This document shows, piece by piece, positions 14,045-23,784 of a stretch of DNA of 64,000 bases. The notes beneath the pieces are model-generated. The model was not told where the DNA came from. It did no database searches and saw only the letters and a list, made by a program, of their open reading frames with translations. Both the position numbers and the translations under genes were made by a program. The DNA lies in assembly GCA_963719225.1 (NCBI GenBank), contig CAVRAY010000001.1, positions 1,152,001 to 1,216,000 on the forward strand. Direction: 5' to 3'. Within the stretch, counting starts at the first letter, position 1. Every line of letters starts with the position of its first letter. This DNA is from Thermoanaerobaculia bacterium (GTDB taxonomy: Bacteria > Acidobacteriota > Thermoanaerobaculia > UBA5066).

Positions 14045-14433
14045 GAGGCGTCCGACTCGTCCGGGCCCTTCGGGATCGAGCGGAGCAGCTCCTCGATGCG
14101 CGCGCCGCGCTCGAGCGTGTGGTCCTCCGCGAAATGGAGCTCGGGCGCGTAGCGCAGGCCGCAGTTCTTCCCGACGAGCGAGCGCAGCCGTCCGCGCGCG
14201 TGGTTCAGGGCGGCCACCGTCTTTTGGAACTGCTCTTTCGGGCCGAAGACCGACACGAAGACCCGCGCCGAGCGCAGGTCGTCGGCCATGACGACGTCCG
14301 TGATCGTCGCGAAGCCGATCGCCGGGTCTCGCAGGTCCTCTCTCAGGAGGCGCGCCAGCTCCGCGCGCACCACGTCCCCGACCTGCCTCGGGCGCCTGCC
14401 CGGCGCCACCGCGGAGCGTCTCTGAGTAGCCAT
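14041..14433 (-). CDS. rbfA: Ribosome-binding factor A
   Basis: LRDPAIGFATITDV, DLRSARVFVS, LRYAPELHF; GAGG RBS. Confidence 0.95.
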   Translation of the reverse strand: MATQRRSAVAPGRRPRQVGDVVRAELARLLREDLRDPAIGFATITDVVMADDLRSARVFVSVFGPKEQFQKTVAALNHARGRLRSLVGKNCGLRYAPELHFAEDHTLERGARIEELLRSIPKGPDESDAS

Positions 14434-14446
14434 GTCGTTACCTCTT

Positions 14447-14791
14447 TCAGCCGATCGTTCCGGCTCCGAAGGAGCTTCCCGGCGCACCGACGTCCCCGAA
14501 TCCCACGAGCTCGTGCCTTTCGCTCGCGATCTCGGCCCCGTTCTCGTCCGCGTAGGCCTCGATGAAATTGCGGATTTTCTGCAGCAGCGGCTCGAGGGCT
14601 TCCGGGTCGGCCCCGACCGCGGCGATTCCCAGAGTCGCGCGCTGCAGGAGGTCCTGGTGCGCGACCTCGGCCGCCGAGATCTCGAAGTCGCCCCGAAGGC
14701 GGGCTTTCAGCGGCCTGAGGAAAGAGCGTTTCTCCTTCAGCCCCCGGCATCCGGGAAGATGAAACTCGAAAACCGTGAGGGCGACGACCAC
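14447..14791 (-). CDS. DUF503 (YlxP-like) protein
   Basis: LKEKRSFL...SAAEVAHQDLLQRATLG; usual position between infB and rbfA. Confidence 0.88.
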   Translation of the reverse strand: MVVALTVFEFHLPGCRGLKEKRSFLRPLKARLRGDFEISAAEVAHQDLLQRATLGIAAVGADPEALEPLLQKIRNFIEAYADENGAEIASERHELVGFGDVGAPGSSFGAGTIG

Positions 14792-14798
14792 CCAAGCC

Positions 14799-17700
14799 TC
14801 AGGTCAAAGACCCCGCGAGCTCCTCGACGACGAACGCCTCGATGACGTCTCCGACCTTCACGTCCTGATAGCCCGCGATGCCGATGCCGCACTCGAAGCC
14901 CTGCTTCACCTCGGACGCGTCGTCCTTGAAGCGGCGAAGAGAACCCACCTTGCCTTCGTAGATCACGCGGCTGTCGCGAATCAGGCGGACCGAAGCCGAA
15001 CGCGGGATGACGCCGTCCGTGACCATGCAGCCTCCGATCGTCCCGATCTTCGGCACCTTGAACAGCTCGCGCACCTCGGCGTGTCCGCGCGTGACTTCCT
15101 TCTTGACGGTGTCGAGAAGGCCCGTCATGGCCTTCTTGATCTCGTCCGTGAGCGTGTAGATGACTGAATAGAGGCGGATGTCGATGCCTTCGTGGTCGGC
15201 GAGCTCCTGTGCCTTCTTCTCGGGCTTCACGTTGAACCCGATGATGATGGCCTCGGAGGCCGAGGCCAGAAGCACGTCGTTCACCGAGATCGCGCCGACC
15301 CCGGAGTGCAGGACGCTGACCTTCACCTTTTCGGTGGAGAGCTTGCCGAGGGACTGGACGAGCACCTCTTCCGAGCCGTGGACGTCGGCCTTCACGATGA
15401 GGGCGAGATCCTTCATCTCGCCTTCCTTCATCCGGTTGAAGAGCGAGTCCAGCGACATGCGGGAGGATTTCGTGAGCGATTCCTCGCGCTCCTTGAGCGA
15501 CCGGAACTGGGAGACCTGGCGCGCCTTGCCTTCGTCCTCGACGACCTGGAGCGTGTCGCCGGCGTTCGGGATGTCCTCGAAGCCCATGACCTCGACCGGA
15601 GTCGCCGGAGCAGCCGCGGTGACGCGGGCGGCGTGGTCGTCGAGCATCGCGCGCACGCGGCCGACGGCCGTCCCCGCGAAGAAGACGTCGCCGACGTGAA
15701 GGGTGCCCTGCTGCACGAGCACCGTCGCGAGCGTGCCCTTGCCCGCCTCGCGGCGCGCCTCGAGGACGACGCCCCGCGCGGGGCCCGTCGCGACGGCCTT
15801 GAGTTCGAGGAGGTCGGCCTGGAGCAGGATCATCTCGAGGAGCTGGTCGATTCCGATCTTCTTCTTCGCGGAGATCTCGCAGGCGACGACGTCGCCGCCG
15901 AACTCCTCGACGAGGACGCCCTTCTCGGCGAGCTCCTGCTTGACGCGCTGCGCGTTCGCCTCGGGCTTGTCGATCTTGTTGATCGCCACGACGATCGGCA
16001 CCTTCGCGGCGCGCGCGTGGTCGATCGCCTCCTGCGTCTGCGGCATGACGCCGTCGTCCGCCGCAACGACGAGGACGACGATGTCCGTCGCCTTGGCGCC
16101 GCGCGAGCGCATCAAAGTGAAGGCCTCGTGCCCCGGCGTGTCGAGGAAGACGATGGGCTTGCCCTTCGCGACGACGCGGTACGCGCCGATGTGCTGCGTG
16201 ATGCCGCCGGCTTCGCCCTCGGCGACGTGCTCCTTGCGGATCGCGTCGAGGAGAGACGTCTTGCCGTGGTCGACGTGTCCCATGACGGTCACGACGGGCG
16301 CGCGCGGGATGCGCTCGCCGACGACGGGCATCTCCGCCGACTTGGGCCGCGTCGACTCGGCGGCCGCCTGGTCGTTCGCGGTCTGCTGGCGCGAGAGCTC
16401 GAGCTCTTCCTCGAAAGAGACGACCGCCGCCTCGACGCCGAACTCGCGGGCGATCTCCACGGCCACCTTCGGGTCGAGCGGCTGGTTGATCGTCGCGAAA
16501 ACGCCGCGCGACAGGAACGACTTCATGAGGTCCTTCGCCAGGATCCCGAGCTTCTCGGAAAGCTCCTTGATGGTGACGCCTTCCGAAAGGAAGACGGGAC
16601 CTTCGGCCTTCTTCTTGACCTCGACGACTTCGCCGCTCTCGGTGGCCATCGTCTTCTTGCCGGCGCGGCGCTGCGCCGACTTGGACAGGGGCTTGGCCGC
16701 GAGAGCTTCGTCCGTCCCTTCCGCCGAGGGCGTCGGGATGTCCTCGTAGGTGTCCTGCTTGTACGTGCCGAGGTATTCGCGCACGTCCTCCTCGAGCGCG
16801 GAGACCTCCTTCGTGCGCGGCTTCTTCGACGCCGTCTTCTTCGCGTCGTCCTTCTTGACGCCGAGGCCCGGCTTCGTGGCGTCCTTCTTCCGGCGCTCTG
16901 CGGTATCGGGAAGAACGGCGGGCACCACGCCGCCCAGCGGCGGCCGTCCGAAGGAGGGACGAGGTCCGAACCCGGGGCCCGAGGGACCGCCGGGGCGCGG
17001 CGAGAAGCCGGGCCGCGGCGCGAAGCCCGGGCGCGGGGGCATGCCGGGGCGTGGCGAGAAGCCGGGTCGCGGGAAGCCCGTCCCCGCGGGCATCGCCGGC
17101 TGGCCGACGCGGGCGGGACGGACGGTGGGGACCGGCGGCGCCGCGATGACCGCACGGCCGAGCCCGCCGGCGCCGCGGAGAGGCGGGGCGGATGTCGCGC
17201 CGGCCTGCGGGGGAGGGGAAGAGCTCCTCACGTGCGTGACGCCCGGCGAATGCGGTCCGGCGCTCGCGCCGTGGGACATCATCGCGTCGGGACGTGGAGC
17301 GGACGCGGGGGGAGGAGGCGCGGAGACACCAGGCGGGAGATCGCCCGAGCGTTTCATGATGCGGCCGAGCGCACCTCCCGGAGCCGCGGGCGCCGGAGCT
17401 TTCGGCGCGACGGCAGGAGGACCGACGCGGACGGGCGTCGCCGGGACGGCGCGTCGGACGGCCGGCGCCGGAGCGTCGGCGGGCCGCGCCGGACGCGCAG
17501 CCGGAGTCGCGGCCTGAGCAGGCGGAGGCTGAGGCGGCGTGAAGGGCGTGAATGCGACGGGAGGCGCGGCCGGAAGAGGAGCCGGGGGCGCGGAGGACGC
17601 GGGCTCTTCGGCCGCTTCTGACGCGGACGCGGGCGGCGGCACTTCATCTTTCGACGGAGCGGCCGGCGCCTCGGATGCGGCGGAAGCCGCGGCGGCCTCG

Positions 17701-18047
17701 GGCTCGAGAGCCGTTACGGTCTCGCCCGCCTCGCCCTCTTCGGCCTCGAGCGAGCGCTCGACGATCTTGATGCGCTTCAGGGCGGCGCGCTCGGTGCGAG
17801 CCTTCGCCGCCGAAGCGCTCGCGGCCGCGGCAGCCGCGGCGGCCGACGGAGCCTGCCTCACGATGAGCGACTTGGGCGCCTGGGTCTTGCCCATGAGAAG
17901 GGCCTGGGCCGTGGCAGGGTCGAGGACGGACTCGGCCGTCTTGACGTCGACGCCGATGCCCTGGAGGAGAAAGAGGACTTCCTTCGCGGGCTTGCCCATC
18001 ATCTTGGCGAGCTGGGCGACGGTGAATTTGGCGGCTGTCGTCTTCAA
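14799..18047 (-). CDS. infB: Translation initiation factor IF-2
   Basis: GHVDHGKT, DTPGH, NKID. TTG start overlaps the nusA stop. Long Pro/Ala-rich N-terminal linker. Confidence 0.97.
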   Translation of the reverse strand: MKTTAAKFTVAQLAKMMGKPAKEVLFLLQGIGVDVKTAESVLDPATAQALLMGKTQAPKSLIVRQAPSAAAAAAAASASAAKARTERAALKRIKIVERSLEAEEGEAGETVTALEPEAAAASAASEAPAAPSKDEVPPPASASEAAEEPASSAPPAPLPAAPPVAFTPFTPPQPPPAQAATPAARPARPADAPAPAVRRAVPATPVRVGPPAVAPKAPAPAAPGGALGRIMKRSGDLPPGVSAPPPPASAPRPDAMMSHGASAGPHSPGVTHVRSSSPPPQAGATSAPPLRGAGGLGRAVIAAPPVPTVRPARVGQPAMPAGTGFPRPGFSPRPGMPPRPGFAPRPGFSPRPGGPSGPGFGPRPSFGRPPLGGVVPAVLPDTAERRKKDATKPGLGVKKDDAKKTASKKPRTKEVSALEEDVREYLGTYKQDTYEDIPTPSAEGTDEALAAKPLSKSAQRRAGKKTMATESGEVVEVKKKAEGPVFLSEGVTIKELSEKLGILAKDLMKSFLSRGVFATINQPLDPKVAVEIAREFGVEAAVVSFEEELELSRQQTANDQAAAESTRPKSAEMPVVGERIPRAPVVTVMGHVDHGKTSLLDAIRKEHVAEGEAGGITQHIGAYRVVAKGKPIVFLDTPGHEAFTLMRSRGAKATDIVVLVVAADDGVMPQTQEAIDHARAAKVPIVVAINKIDKPEANAQRVKQELAEKGVLVEEFGGDVVACEISAKKKIGIDQLLEMILLQADLLELKAVATGPARGVVLEARREAGKGTLATVLVQQGTLHVGDVFFAGTAVGRVRAMLDDHAARVTAAAPATPVEVMGFEDIPNAGDTLQVVEDEGKARQVSQFRSLKEREESLTKSSRMSLDSLFNRMKEGEMKDLALIVKADVHGSEEVLVQSLGKLSTEKVKVSVLHSGVGAISVNDVLLASASEAIIIGFNVKPEKKAQELADHEGIDIRLYSVIYTLTDEIKKAMTGLLDTVKKEVTRGHAEVRELFKVPKIGTIGGCMVTDGVIPRSASVRLIRDSRVIYEGKVGSLRRFKDDASEVKQGFECGIGIAGYQDVKVGDVIEAFVVEELAGSLT
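16989..17080 (-). repeat. Degenerate 18-bp coding tandem repeat in infB
   Basis: Encodes PRPGFS-PRPGMP-PRPGFA-PRPGFS-PRPG. Confidence 0.7.
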
Positions 18048-19819
18048 GTCTGCGGGTCTCCCTCGGGGCCCTTCTCGCCCTCGGTCTCGGCCACTTCCTG
18101 GAACTCGAGGCCTTCGTCGTCGGCCTCCTCTTCTTCGGGCGCCTCTTCGAAGGCATGGGCCGCCTCGAGGGCGGCCTCGCGCGCGGGTTTGTCGAGCGCG
18201 ACCGCGGAGAGCGGATCTTCGCCTTCCTTGCCCTCGTCGGCGCTCTCGGCGTCGAGGAGATCGCCGACCGTCGCGAAGCCCGCGGCCGTGAGGGCGGCGG
18301 TCGCCGCCTCGTCGAAGCCCGGGACGTCGGCGAGCGCCGTTCCGCGCCGCTGCGAGACGAGGAGCATCCGCTGGAGGGCCTGGGCGACCTCGGCCTTGAC
18401 GGCCTGCTCGCTCTTGATCTCGATGCGGGCGCCGATCAGGGCCGCGGCGAGGCGCACGTTCTGTCCGCGCTTCCCGATCGCGAGCGAGAGCTGGTCCTCC
18501 TCGACGATGCACTCGAGCGTCGGGACGGACTCCGCGCTCTCGCCGTCGGGGCCGGTCTCCGTCGCGTTCTCATCGTCGGCTGGCATCGCCGAGACCCGGG
18601 TGATCTTCGCCGGAGAGAGCGCGTTCTGCGCGTACGTGATGAGGTCGTCGGAGAACTGGATGATGTCGATGCGCTCGCCGCGAAGCTCGCGCATGATGGC
18701 CTGCACGCGCGAGCCGCGCATGCCCACGCACGCCCCGACCGGGTCCACGTCGCGCTCTCGGGATGAGACGGCGACCTTCGCGCGGTCGCCGGGCTGCCTC
18801 ACGCAGCCGCGGATGACGACCGTGCCGTCGTAGATCTCGGGCACCTCCATCTCCATGAGGCGCATGAGGAGCTCTGGCGCGGTGCGCGAGAGGATGATCT
18901 GCGAGCCCTTCGGGTTCTTGTGGACGTCCGCGAGGACGCCGCGCACGCGCTCGCCCTGCGTGTAGCGCTCCGCGCGCGACTGGTGCTCGCGCGGGATCGC
19001 CGCTTCGGTGCGTCCGAGGTCGACGATCATGTCGCCGCGCTCGAACCGCTTGACGGTGCCGGTGATGAGCTCGCCGAGCTTCGGGTAGTACTCGTTGTAG
19101 ATGTTGTCGCGCTCGGCTTCGCGGACCTTCTGATAGAGGACCTGCTTGGCGCTCTGCGCCGCGATGCGGCCGAGGCCCTCGGTCGAGCGATAAAGACGGA
19201 TCTCGTCGCCGATCTCCATCGCGGAAGGCTCGATGATCGATTCCTCGCCCTCGGATTCCTCGCCCTTCGGATTCCGCACCACTTGCCAGCTCTGCCCCGC
19301 GAGCTCGCCCTGAAGAAGCGCGCTCGCCTCTTCGGGGAGGACCTCGATGTACGGCAGCCGGATCTCCTTCTCGGGGTCGATGGGAGCGGCCGGAGTCGGG
19401 ACCGGCGCGACCGCCTGCCCGAGCGGCACGTCGTCCGGATCGACCGCCGACGCGGGCGCGGCCTCTTCGGGCTTGATCGTCTTTTCCGCCACGATCCGAT
19501 AGGGAGTCCATGCCGTCAGCGTCCCCGTCTTCGGATCGAAGCGGGCCGCCATTTCACGGACCTTGTAGACCTTGCGGGCGGCGGTCGCGATGGCTTCCTC
19601 GAGCGCGGCGACGAGCCGCTCGAAATCGATCTCCTTGTCGCGCGAGGCCGCGCGCAGGGCTTCGATGATCTCGTCGGCGCGCGTCGCGGGCGGAACCTGG
19701 GCCGCTTTCGACGCCTTCACCGCCCGGCCCTTGGCACCGGCGCGCGGGCTCTTGCCCGCTTTCTTCTCGGCTTTTTCCGGCGCCGCGCCGCTTTCCGTCG
19801 GGGGTTGAGTCGCACTCAT
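18044..19819 (-). CDS. nusA: Transcription termination factor NusA
   Basis: GRIAAQSAKQV, S1 domain, EVPEIYDG, DPVGACVG, SLAIGKRGQNVRLA. GGAGA RBS before the ATG at 19819. Confidence 0.97.
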   Translation of the reverse strand: MSATQPPTESGAAPEKAEKKAGKSPRAGAKGRAVKASKAAQVPPATRADEIIEALRAASRDKEIDFERLVAALEEAIATAARKVYKVREMAARFDPKTGTLTAWTPYRIVAEKTIKPEEAAPASAVDPDDVPLGQAVAPVPTPAAPIDPEKEIRLPYIEVLPEEASALLQGELAGQSWQVVRNPKGEESEGEESIIEPSAMEIGDEIRLYRSTEGLGRIAAQSAKQVLYQKVREAERDNIYNEYYPKLGELITGTVKRFERGDMIVDLGRTEAAIPREHQSRAERYTQGERVRGVLADVHKNPKGSQIILSRTAPELLMRLMEMEVPEIYDGTVVIRGCVRQPGDRAKVAVSSRERDVDPVGACVGMRGSRVQAIMRELRGERIDIIQFSDDLITYAQNALSPAKITRVSAMPADDENATETGPDGESAESVPTLECIVEEDQLSLAIGKRGQNVRLAAALIGARIEIKSEQAVKAEVAQALQRMLLVSQRRGTALADVPGFDEAATAALTAAGFATVGDLLDAESADEGKEGEDPLSAVALDKPAREAALEAAHAFEEAPEEEEADDEGLEFQEVAETEGEKGPEGDPQT

Positions 19820-19850
19820 CGTGTCGTGTTCTCCGTGGGCCGCAATCTGT

Positions 19851-20321
19851 TCAGAGCTCGGGGACGAGGCGCGCGAGCCGGACGTCGCCGAACCGCACAG
19901 TGTATCGTCGGTGCTGATCCTCATCAAGGACCGTGAGGGCGTCCCCCTGGACGTCCTCGAGGACGCCCCTGAGGCGCGCGGCGCCTTCCACCTTCGAGGC
20001 GAGCCGCACCATGACGCGTCGACCGCGGAAGCGCTCGCAGTCCTGGAGCGTCCACAGCGGCCGGTCGAGGCCGGGCGAGGAAACCTCGAGCGTGTATTTC
20101 GGGAGTTGTTCCTCGAGCGGGTCGAGGACCTCCGACGCCGCGCGCGACGCGGTCTCGCAGTCCTCCAGCGTCACGCCGGCGGGTTTGTCCACGATGAGCG
20201 TCAGCGTGGCGCGCGATCCCCTCTTCCATTCCGCGTGGCAAAGCTCCAGCCCGGCCGCGGCGATTCGCGCGCGCAGGAGATCGACCGTGTCCTCGTCGAA
20301 AGGGAGTCCCGCCTGTTTCAT
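19851..20321 (-). CDS. rimP: Ribosome maturation factor RimP
   Basis: GVTLEDC, YTLEVSSPGLDRPL. Confidence 0.95.
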   Translation of the reverse strand: MKQAGLPFDEDTVDLLRARIAAAGLELCHAEWKRGSRATLTLIVDKPAGVTLEDCETASRAASEVLDPLEEQLPKYTLEVSSPGLDRPLWTLQDCERFRGRRVMVRLASKVEGAARLRGVLEDVQGDALTVLDEDQHRRYTVRFGDVRLARLVPEL

Positions 20322-20358
20322 GAAGCCGTTTCGTACCTCTTCCGGGCCTTTTTGGGGC

Positions 20359-20386
20359 AAAAAAAAGAGGGCGTGTGCCCCCTTTC
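20359..20386 (-). terminator. Terminator-like hairpin in the rimP leader (attenuator)
   Basis: Minus strand GAAAGGGGGC-ACAC-GCCCTCTTTTTTTT: stem-loop plus U8, lying between the promoter and rimP. Confidence 0.75.
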
Positions 20387-20411
20387 AAGACCCTTGAAAG
20401 ACCGCTGGCGA

Positions 20412-20440
20412 AGTATAGGCCGCGAGGCGTTCCGGGGCAA
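20412..20440 (-). promoter_or_regulatory. sigma70-type promoter of the rimP-nusA-infB operon
   Basis: TTGCCC-17 nt-TATACT. Confidence 0.7.
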
Positions 20441-20604
20441 GGGTCGGCCGCCTGAAAGGCCCTGAAACCGCGTAACATCCGAGGCGGAACGAGCTGGCAC
20501 GGACTTCCCATGAAGGGAGGCCCGGCGCGCCAAGAATCGCCCTCCCGAGGAAACACATCAGCGATCTCATCGTCATCCCTCTGAACGACGAAGTTGTCGA
20601 GGGC

Positions 20605-21687
20605 ATGGAAACCGCCGAGGCCTGGCCTCCGCGGGACGGCCTGCCCCCCGGAGAGGATCCGTTCGACGAGAAAGCGATGCTCCCCGCTCCGGATTTCCTG
20701 CCGCCGGGCGCGGTCGTGCGGCAGGATTCGCGGCGCATCAACGTCGAGCGCGCGTTCGCGCTTTCGGTCATCCTTCACCTGCTCCTCGTCATCGCGCTCC
20801 TCACGGTGAAGCTTCCGTCGCGCACGGCCGCACAGGATGCGATGGATCCGCTCGGCATCCAGACCCTCATGAGCGCGCCCCCGCCCGATCCCGCGATCCC
20901 GATCCAGTTCTTCCCGTCGCCCGGCGAGCGCGCGAAGGAAGCGCCGAAGACCGGATTGCCCTCCGACGTCAACCGGCAGGCTCACGGCGGCGACCGGGCT
21001 CTGCCGGTGTTGCCGGTCCCGAAGGCGTATCCGCAGGCCGGCATTCGCGATCTCGAGGCCGGGAAGCAGGGCCCGAAGGTCGCGGCCGCGCCGGCGGCGC
21101 CGCCACCTCCGGGGAGCCCGGTGGGCGAGCACCGCAAGCTCACCGACCTCGCGTCCGGGGGGGCGCTGCACGACCCGCCGACGGCCGAGGAGCGCGAGCG
21201 GCAGCGGCAGCTGCGCGGGATTCCCGGCCCCGACCTCAATGCGATCACCGCCGAGGTGGCGCGCAAGGCCGCCCAGACCGGTGGCGGCGGAGAGGAGGGC
21301 GGCGGCTTCGAGCGCGAAGGGGGATTCGTCGACTCAGGTCCTCTTTCGTTCGACACGATCGGGTACGACTGGGGAGCGTACGCGGCCGAGATGATCCGGA
21401 AGATCAAGCGGAACTGGGATGTTCCGGCTCTCGCGCGCTACGGCATCAAGGGGCGGATCACGATCCGCTTCTTCATCCTGAAGGACGGGCGGGTTGAAGG
21501 CGAGCTCGTCCTCTCGGGCTCGGGGCATCCCCCGTTCGACAACGCCGCCTTCCAGGCCATCGCGCGCTCGAGCGCGTTTCGTCCGCTGCCCAGCGACCTC
21601 GGACACGACCGCGAGGGCGTGACGGTCACCTTCTTTTACAACATGCGGCCGGAAGACGAGTACGCCGGAAGGGGCCGGCCGCGATAG
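20605..21687 (+). CDS. TonB/TolA family energy transducer
   Basis: TM helix with SxxxH (SVILH), Pro-rich linker, TonB_C domain (IKRNW...FFILKDG...SGHPPFDNAA...VTFFYN). Confidence 0.85.
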   Translation: METAEAWPPRDGLPPGEDPFDEKAMLPAPDFLPPGAVVRQDSRRINVERAFALSVILHLLLVIALLTVKLPSRTAAQDAMDPLGIQTLMSAPPPDPAIPIQFFPSPGERAKEAPKTGLPSDVNRQAHGGDRALPVLPVPKAYPQAGIRDLEAGKQGPKVAAAPAAPPPPGSPVGEHRKLTDLASGGALHDPPTAEERERQRQLRGIPGPDLNAITAEVARKAAQTGGGGEEGGGFEREGGFVDSGPLSFDTIGYDWGAYAAEMIRKIKRNWDVPALARYGIKGRITIRFFILKDGRVEGELVLSGSGHPPFDNAAFQAIARSSAFRPLPSDLGHDREGVTVTFFYNMRPEDEYAGRGRPR

Positions 21688-21695
21688 GGAGCGAA

Positions 21696-22109
21696 ATGGC
21701 AGGCATCAACGACCCGGCCGAGATCGCGCGCGCCCTGAAAACCGCAAAGACGGTCGCCGTCGTGGGCTGCTCGCCCGACGAGACCCGGCCCTCGAACGCG
21801 ATCGCGAGCTATCTGTTGTCCGCGGGGTTCGAGGTGATCCCGGTGAACCCCGGCCATTCGGAGATTCTGGGTCGGGTGTGCTATCCGGACCTCGCTTCGA
21901 TTCCGAAGGACGTGAAGCTCGACATCGTGGACGTTTTCCGTCGCTCCGAGTTCGTGCCCGGGATCGCCGACGCCGCCCTCGAGCGCGGGGCGGGCTTCTT
22001 CTGGATGCAGGACGGCGTCGTCCATCCGGAGTCGGCCCGGCGACTCTCGGCCGCGGGCATCCCGGTCGCGATGGACCGCTGCATCTTCCGGGACCATTCC
22101 GCTCTTTGA
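21696..22109 (+). CDS. CoA-binding domain protein (YccU-like)
   Basis: VAVVGCS, VIPVNP, DIVDVFR, WMQDGV, DRC. Confidence 0.92.
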   Translation: MAGINDPAEIARALKTAKTVAVVGCSPDETRPSNAIASYLLSAGFEVIPVNPGHSEILGRVCYPDLASIPKDVKLDIVDVFRRSEFVPGIADAALERGAGFFWMQDGVVHPESARRLSAAGIPVAMDRCIFRDHSAL

Positions 22110-22134
22110 GGATGTCGCTTTGACACGGGAAGTC

Positions 22135-22149
22135 CGGCACGATCTTTGC
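22135..22149 (+). promoter_or_regulatory. Putative sigma54 (-24/-12) promoter of degP
   Basis: CGGCACGATCTTTGC matches GGCAC-N5-TTGC with correct GG/GC spacing, about 55 nt upstream of the start. Confidence 0.55.
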
Positions 22150-22203
22150 CCTTGACCTTAATCAGAGGCGGCAGAAGCCGTCCTCGACGAGGATCTATCA
22201 TCT

Positions 22204-23784
22204 ATGGACGGTATGCGTACGAAAACGAAGGTTCTGTCTCTCGCCGCTCTTCTCACCGGCTCGGTCGTCTTCGGAATGATCCTCGCCGGCACTCTCGATC
22301 TCACGAAGCACGCTTCGGCCCAGAAGTCGGCCGCGGCCCCTGGGGTCAGCACAGCCGCGACGGTCGCCTCCTCCGGCCGGTCTCCACAAATGGTGGCGCT
22401 GCCGTCCTTCGCCGACATCGCCGAGCAGGTCATGCCGGCCATCGTCTCGGTGACGGCGACGGACATCATCAAGGCCGACAAGCTGCGCGGCCGGAATTAC
22501 CACAACTTCTCGAACCCCGACGGCTCCGACCCGTTCGAGTTCTTTTTCGGCCCCGACGGACCGAAGCGCAGGGGCGCGGACGTCGACGAGGACCAGAAGC
22601 AGCTCTCGGGAGGGACGGGCTTTTTCATCGACAGTGAGGGCTACATCCTCACGAACAACCACGTCATCGACGGAGCCGACAAGATCGAGGTCAAGGTCGG
22701 CGACAGGGACGACTACCCGGCGAAGGTCGTGGGACGCGACCCCGCCTCGGACCTCGCTCTCCTGAAGATCACCGGCACCCGCCCCTTTCCGACCGTGAAG
22801 CTCGGCGATTCGGACCGTATCCGCGTCGGCGAATGGGTCATGGCGATCGGCGACCCGCTCAACTTCGACAAGTCGGTCACCGTGGGCGTCATCTCCGGCA
22901 AGGGCCGTTACGCGGGCCTGTCCCGTGCCACCGCGAGTTTCGAAAGCCTCCTGCAGACGGATGCCGCGATCAACTTCGGCAACTCGGGCGGGCCGCTCGT
23001 GAACGTGAACGGCGAGGTCGTCGGGATCAACACCGCGATGGCCCGCACCCAGAACAACTTCGCGCAGAACATCGGCTTCGCGGTCCCCATGAACATGGCC
23101 AAGCGCCTGATGCCGCAGCTCCGGAAGGGCAAGGTCGTGCGCGGCTTCCTCGGCGTGAGCATCGATTCGATCGACAAGAAATGGCAGGAAGCCTACGACC
23201 TGAAGGCGCCTGAAGGCGCCCTCGTGAACTCCGTCGAGCCCGGCAAGCCCGCGGAAAAGGCCGGGCTGAAGCACGACGACATCATCACGAAGGTCGACGA
23301 CGTCCCGGTGAAGAACAACCGCGACCTCATCGACTACGTGTCGGGCAAGGGTCCGGGCACGAAGGTCACGATCGCGTACCTCCGCGACGGCAGGGAGAAG
23401 ACCGCGGTCGCGACGCTCGAAGAGCGGCCGGAGTTCGGCGAGAAACCGGTCCAGGAAGAGGATTCGAAGTCGGGCAAGCAGAAGATGCTCGGCCTCGAGC
23501 TCGACGAGCTTTCGCCGCAGACAAGGCGGTCCTACGGCCTCGACCGCGACATCCAGAAGGGTGTCATCGTCACGCACGTCAAGCCGGTCTCGCCCGCGGG
23601 CGACGCGAATCTCCGGGAAGGGGACGTCATCCTCGAGGTGAACGGCACGCCCGTGGGATCCGTGGACGAGCTGCAGGCGCAGATCCGGAAGGCGCCGAAG
23701 GGCAAGTACATCCGCCTCTACATCCAGCGCGGCGGGGGGCGCGGACAGGCGCTGAAGTTCCTCGCGGCCGTGAAGGCCGAATGA
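22204..23784 (+). CDS. degP: Do/DegP (HtrA) serine endoprotease
   Basis: TNNHV, DLALLK, TDAAINFGNSGGPL, two PDZ domains. Start may be 22213. Confidence 0.93.
   Translation: MDGMRTKTKVLSLAALLTGSVVFGMILAGTLDLTKHASAQKSAAAPGVSTAATVASSGRSPQMVALPSFADIAEQVMPAIVSVTATDIIKADKLRGRNYHNFSNPDGSDPFEFFFGPDGPKRRGADVDEDQKQLSGGTGFFIDSEGYILTNNHVIDGADKIEVKVGDRDDYPAKVVGRDPASDLALLKITGTRPFPTVKLGDSDRIRVGEWVMAIGDPLNFDKSVTVGVISGKGRYAGLSRATASFESLLQTDAAINFGNSGGPLVNVNGEVVGINTAMARTQNNFAQNIGFAVPMNMAKRLMPQLRKGKVVRGFLGVSIDSIDKKWQEAYDLKAPEGALVNSVEPGKPAEKAGLKHDDIITKVDDVPVKNNRDLIDYVSGKGPGTKVTIAYLRDGREKTAVATLEERPEFGEKPVQEEDSKSGKQKMLGLELDELSPQTRRSYGLDRDIQKGVIVTHVKPVSPAGDANLREGDVILEVNGTPVGSVDELQAQIRKAPKGKYIRLYIQRGGGRGQALKFLAAVKAE

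Noticed and set aside
20495-20510. TGGCACGGACTTCCC as a sigma54 promoter for the TonB-like gene
   Set aside because: The -12 GC is missing
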